Assembly: GCA_002269645.1 (NCBI GenBank) | Contig: NIVC01003778.1 | Coordinates: forward strand, 13,151-77,150 | Direction of reading: 5' to 3' | From: Macrostomum lignano | Taxonomy: Eukaryota | Length of the DNA: 64,000 bases | Shown here: piece by piece, positions 59,464 through 64,000 of the stretch | Numbering within the stretch: the stretch's first letter is position 1 | Layout of the letters: each line of letters opens with the position of its first letter | Position numbers and translations under genes: made by a program | The notes under the pieces: generated by a model | What the model was told of the DNA's origin: nothing | The model's input: only the letters and a program-made list of their open reading frames with translations | The model's database searches: none

Positions 59464-62400
59464 TTATTGCCTAGCCGCCTTCTCTCCTTGACTGCCGGTC
59501 TCCATGGCAACAGTTCTGCCAGGCCGGCCCAGAAGAAAATAAGTGGCCAGAAGGCCTCGGCCTTTGATCTGCACTTCGCCGCGTCCCTCAAACTGGTAGC
59601 CGTGTTTTAGTAGGGCTCTGAAAATTTAGTCGGCAATATTGCTATCTGACTACTGATTAGATGATGAGTTATAAGTAGTAGACAATAAAACTGGATCAAA
59701 TTAGACACACTTTTTAAACTGATTTATTGATTGGTTTGCTCATAGATTAGTACACTCGTACATATCGACTTGAACTTATGGATTATAGATTTACAAATAT
59801 TTTTTATTTCCTAATTTGCTAATAATAGGCGAGGGGATTGCTTGGCAATTTTGATAGCCTCATTCTTTCGGGACTGATCGATTAATTCATGAACTGAATA
59901 AATTTCTTTAATCAAAAAATTACGTAGGTGTATAGTTAACTGGTTAATTGACTTGAAAAAATGAATCATCATATTACTCGTATAAATTAAATTTTTAAAG
60001 GATTGATAGATAGTTCGTAATTTGATTGACTGAGTGATAGACTGGTTGATAGACTGACTGATTGATTGATTGATGGGTTGATTGATTGATTGATTAATAG
60101 ATTGATTGATTGATTGATTAATTGATTGATTGATTGATTGATTAACGGATTGATTAATGGATTGATTGATTGATTGATTGAATGATTGATTAATGGATTG
60201 ATTGATTGATTGATTGAGCTGCATGGCAAAGAACTGGCTGCTCTTACTCTCGCGAGCTGGGACTGACGTGGATGCGGCCCGGCACGCCCTGGCCCTCCAT
60301 CTGGGAGGCGACGCTCACCGCGGCGCCGAACAGGCAGAAGCGCGGCATTTTGTCGCCGACAACCCCGGCCACCACCGGGCCCGTGTGCAGCCCGACGCGG
60401 ATCTGGGGGGGGGGGAGTGGACAATCAATGACCGATTGAGCTTCTGGCGAGTTTCGGGTGCTAAATGCGAGTATTTTTTCTCGATCTGTCATTAGGTCTG
60501 TCACACTTTTCTGCTTAGGTCTGTCACACTTTTCTGCTTAGGTCTGTCACACTTTCCTGCTTAGGTCTGTCACACCTTCCTACTTAGGTCTGTCACACTT
60601 TCCTACTTAGGTCTGTCACACTTTCCTGCTTAGGTCTGTCACACTTTCCTGCTTAGGTCTGTCACACTTTCCTGCTTAGGTCTGTCACACTTTCCTGCTT
60701 AGGTCTGTCACACTTTCCTGCTTAGGTCTGTCACACTTTCCTGCTTAGGTCTGTCACACTTTCCTACTTAGGACTGTCACTTTCCTACGAGGGGCAGACA
60801 GAAAGTTCTCGAACTTTGATTTTGTAGCATATACAGTTAGTTAAATTATGTTTTGTTTGACTCTACCGAATAGACTAACATTTCAGTAATATTCTGACAC
60901 CAATATTTTGTCATCATGTCTTAATTTAGATTTTCCGCAGTACGAGCTACTACTCAACAAAGCCCATCCTTTCGGCTAAAATGGAAGATGCAGTGCAGAA
61001 CCAGCACTCAATCGTGTTCTTTTTGCACTCTAAAGGCCATCAAGGATCTGAAATCGTTCGTGACCAACAGTCAGTCTTTGGTGACCGTGCTCTCTCTCGC
61101 AGCACAGTTTATTCCTGGATCGGGACTGGCAAGCGGTCAGGACACCTTGAAAGACGATCCTAGATGTGGTAGACCTGCAACATCAACTTCTCGAGCAAAT
61201 GGTGACCGTGCGCACCAGCTGGTGCTTGCAGACCGCGGCTCACTGTTGATGATGTGGCCAGCCTTCTTGGCATTTCACATGGCGCAGCTCATCAGATCCT
61301 ATCGAATGAGCTGGCATGAGCAAGGTGCTCGATGGGTGCCACGCCTGTTATTGCAGAAACAGAAGAATGAGCGGGTGCGGCAGTGTCATGCAATAAAGGA
61401 GAAGCTGGAGAAGCTGGGTGAAAACTTTTGGCGTCGAATCGTTACCGCTGACGAAACCTGGTTACCACACTACAATCCTGAAACCAAGCAGCAGTCCAAA
61501 GTTTTGGGGCCCCTGGAGAGCCCACCCCAACCAAGGCCAGTGCAGTACCAGCTGTCACCAAAACGATGGTAACAGTTTTCTGGGACTGTGAAGGAGTCAT
61601 CTTCATTGACTACCTGGAGAAGGGCCAGACCGTTAACTCTGAGCGCTACATTGCATCCCTGGCTGATTTGCAGTCGCAGCTGGTCAATCCGACCTGGGAA
61701 GCTGCATGCTGGATTCTCCTGCAGCATGACAATCAATGCACGGCCGCACACATCCCGAGCCACACTGGCAGAAATACGCAGAAAAAACTGGAGAATTCTG
61801 CCACATCCACCATACAGCCCTGATCTGGCACCTAGCGATTACCACCTCTTCAGTCCGATGAAGGATGCCCTCCGTGGTTGGCGTTACAGCATTGAAAAGG
61901 CGTGACATTGAGAAGTGGTTTAGAGATCAACTCAAAGAGCCGCTGGGATCAAGAAGTTGCCAGAGCGCTGGGAGCGCTGCATTAATGCTGATGGAGATTA
62001 CTTTGAAAAACTCTAAAATTCAAACTGAGCAGACTTACCCTTCTGGTTTTATGAACCAAAGTCCGAGAACTTTTTAACTGCCCCTCGTACTTAGGTCTGT
62101 CACACATTTATTGTTAAATCTATCTGTCACACATTTATTGTTAAATCTATCACACTTTTTTGTTTAGATTTATCGCGCTATCTTAGATCTGTCACATTTG
62201 CTTGTATCCGTCACGCTTTCACAGATTTCGCAGCATGTGGTTTACAGTACTACACTACAGTACGTCAAAAAAGGACCAAAAAAGTTTGTTTGCTTTTTGC
62301 TTTGCAGCAGCCTTCGCGTGTAAATATCAAAAGTATAATTTGGTATTAATTAATTATTTTTATTGTCTTCAGTGCCGAATTTATAGACGCACAGTTATCC

Positions 62401-64000
62401 ACACTACTATCTCTTAGTATTATCCCTAATTAATTCTTAAAAAATCAGAGTACCTTATAGTAGTTTAGTTTCTTTTAAATTTTATACGAGCATGTTTCTT
62501 TTATTTCTACTGACAGTAGTTCAGAATGAAACTGCAATGGAAAAAAACGCACTTTTAACTTGACTAATCAAACTAATGTTAGACTGTTACTGAAGTAAAG
62601 TTATAATATTGTTTTGATGTCTGATCAAATGAACATATTGCTTATTAAGGCCGCGTCGCATCAGTACTTCTTGACGAACTTGGTCCAGCTCGGGTCGGTC
62701 TCGATGGCGTCGCCGACGCTCGAGTCAGCGAAGTCCAGCATGCGGCAGGCGCTGCTGGCCCGGTTGAACAGGACGGCCCGGCACTCCCAGCGCTGCACGC
62801 AGAGCCACAGGCAGTGAAACTCCGAGCTCACCGAGGCGTCAGTGTAGCAGTAGACAGGACTGATGTTGCCCAGCCTCAGGAACTCCGCTCGTCGAAGGTA
62901 TTCGCTGTTCGGCGTCGCGATCGGCTGGCAGACAAATTTTGTCGCTGAGTTGGCTGGCTGATCTCTCAGACCGGCGTTGCTGACCACCAGAAAGTCGTCG
63001 TCAGGGCTATTGTTATTCGGCGAGTGGTTCATCCATTCCGTATCGTTGAGCACCGGAAACAGCGAGCCGTTGGCGAATCTCCAGCCGCTGCGAGACCACT
63101 TAGCCTCAACCAGCAGGTCCGTCACTCCGATGTAGTAATAGTCAAGCCAGTGATTGACGGCTCGGATGGCAGTCAGGTCCGTCAGCAGCTCTCCTCCGAT
63201 GCTCAGGCACAGTCTGGCTGCGTCGCACCAGCTGGAAACGCTGGTGTTGTTGCCGATGAAGACGCAGCTGCCCAGCCTGTCGATAAACGGAGCGACGCAG
63301 AGTCCAGTTGCTATGGCAACGAGGCCGCCGCCGAACAGACACAGGAATAGCAGCTCTTTCGGCATCTTTCGACAACGAGAATTAAAGTACGTAGACTCAA
63401 ACGTACGAGCGTAGCTGCTATATAGCATTCCTCAGCTCTTGAAACCCCCAATGGCAACTCGGGTTTTTCCGCCACTAATTGGCGGGAGAAAAGTGGCAAT
63501 GCTAAGGTGCTTAGCAATTGCATTTCGCATTGTTCCATAGGAAGTCAGCTGCGCGCTCCCATACAGCTAGGGGGGGGGGGGGGTTACCGGTGCGTTTGTT
63601 CTCGCATAAAAAAATGCACAAAACTTCTCAGCGGCTGCTGCCAATGTTTTTTCTTAATTATAACGAGCAAATAACTTCGGTGTTTTGGCATCTGGGCAAA
63701 AAGAAGGAACTGTCTATATTTTACAGAAAAACCTACATGACTTGCGGGAAAGATTAAATTATTCAGCTCCTGGTGTAGTCTGGCTGGTACAAGGACCGCT
63801 AGAGATACATGGATTGGACGCTTTATTTCATAGAAAATCTTCGACTCCGTCAGTCACGACCTTCAGTTATGTACCAGATTATAAGCTCAAGCCAAACCTG
63901 CAGTTTCCACTGTGGCACAGGTGAGGACACCTGGCCGACAGCTTGGATCATGTCCATGGCCTGCTCAGCCACCCGGCTGGCATGCTCCGGAGTGGGGTCG
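59464..64000 (-). CDS. Soluble/atypical guanylate cyclase-like protein, 3' part; exons >64000-63898, 60402-60248, 59617-59464
   Basis: Joined translation: [15 protein letters not shown]...LQ|[47 protein letters not shown]...|[28 protein letters not shown]. Splice phases 0 and 2 are consistent. Confidence 0.88.
60020..60215. repeat. (ATTG)n microsatellite
   Basis: Imperfect tetranucleotide run in the last cyclase intron. Confidence 0.95.
60490..60787. repeat. 23-bp minisatellite (GCTTAGGTCTGTCACACTTTCCT), interrupted by mariner and resuming at 62088
   Basis: About 13 copies; the remainder of the split unit follows the transposon. Confidence 0.9.
60788..62087 (+). mobile_element. mariner (probably irritans-like) transposon, 1300 bp, defective transposase
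   Basis: 31-bp TIRs (CGAGGGGCAG...AAAGTTCTCG.ACTTTG, 4 mismatches) and TA TSD on both sides. Motifs [35 protein letters not shown] are split over several frames. Confidence 0.95.
62661..63365 (-). CDS. Secreted C-type-lectin-like + PAN/Apple domain protein, intronless, 234 aa, nested in the cyclase intron
   Basis: Signal peptide [21 protein letters not shown]; CTLD ([31 protein letters not shown]...P, KFVC); PAN-like C-terminus (C...HCLWLC...CRAVLF...C). The ORF lies in intron 60403-63897. Confidence 0.85.
   Translation of the reverse strand: MPKELLFLCLFGGGLVAIATGLCVAPFIDRLGSCVFIGNNTSVSSWCDAARLCLSIGGELLTDLTAIRAVNHWLDYYYIGVTDLLVEAKWSRSGWRFANGSLFPVLNDTEWMNHSPNNNSPDDDFLVVSNAGLRDQPANSATKFVCQPIATPNSEYLRRAEFLRLGNISPVYCYTDASVSSEFHCLWLCVQRWECRAVLFNRASSACRMLDFADSSVGDAIETDPSWTKFVKKY

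Noticed and set aside
59498-63320. Good RFX X-box matches (GTCTCCATGGCAAC at ~59498, GTTGCTATGGCAAC at 63307)
   Set aside because: Both lie inside coding exons and are explained by codons; no evidence of promoter position.

Overview
Eukaryotic (animal) genomic DNA with GT-AG spliced genes, GC-richer exons and AT-rich, minisatellite-filled introns. The style suggests a free-living flatworm such as Macrostomum, but this is inference and cannot be confirmed here. Genes I could assemble by hand with consistent splice phases: (1) a minus-strand secreted EGF/laminin-G (pikachurin-like) gene running off the left edge; (2) a co-oriented plus-strand block of URI1, an intronless full-length STAT, RNase H2 subunit C, mitochondrial GrpE and endoplasmin/Grp94 (UPRE/ERSE-like promoter motifs, KTEL micro-exon); (3) a three-exon NadR/AAA_28-like P-loop protein with an uninterrupted piggyBac transposase in intron 1; (4) the 3' end of a soluble-guanylate-cyclase-like gene (minus) with substituted catalytic residues, whose intron holds a decayed mariner and a nested C-type lectin/PAN gene. 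About 20 distinct tandem arrays occur, including a ~10-kb pyrimidine-rich satellite, along with hAT MITEs and two LINE remnants. Most very long ORFs in the track are repeat artefacts. No CRISPR, rRNA or tRNA was found. All family assignments come from motif recognition by eye, not database searches.
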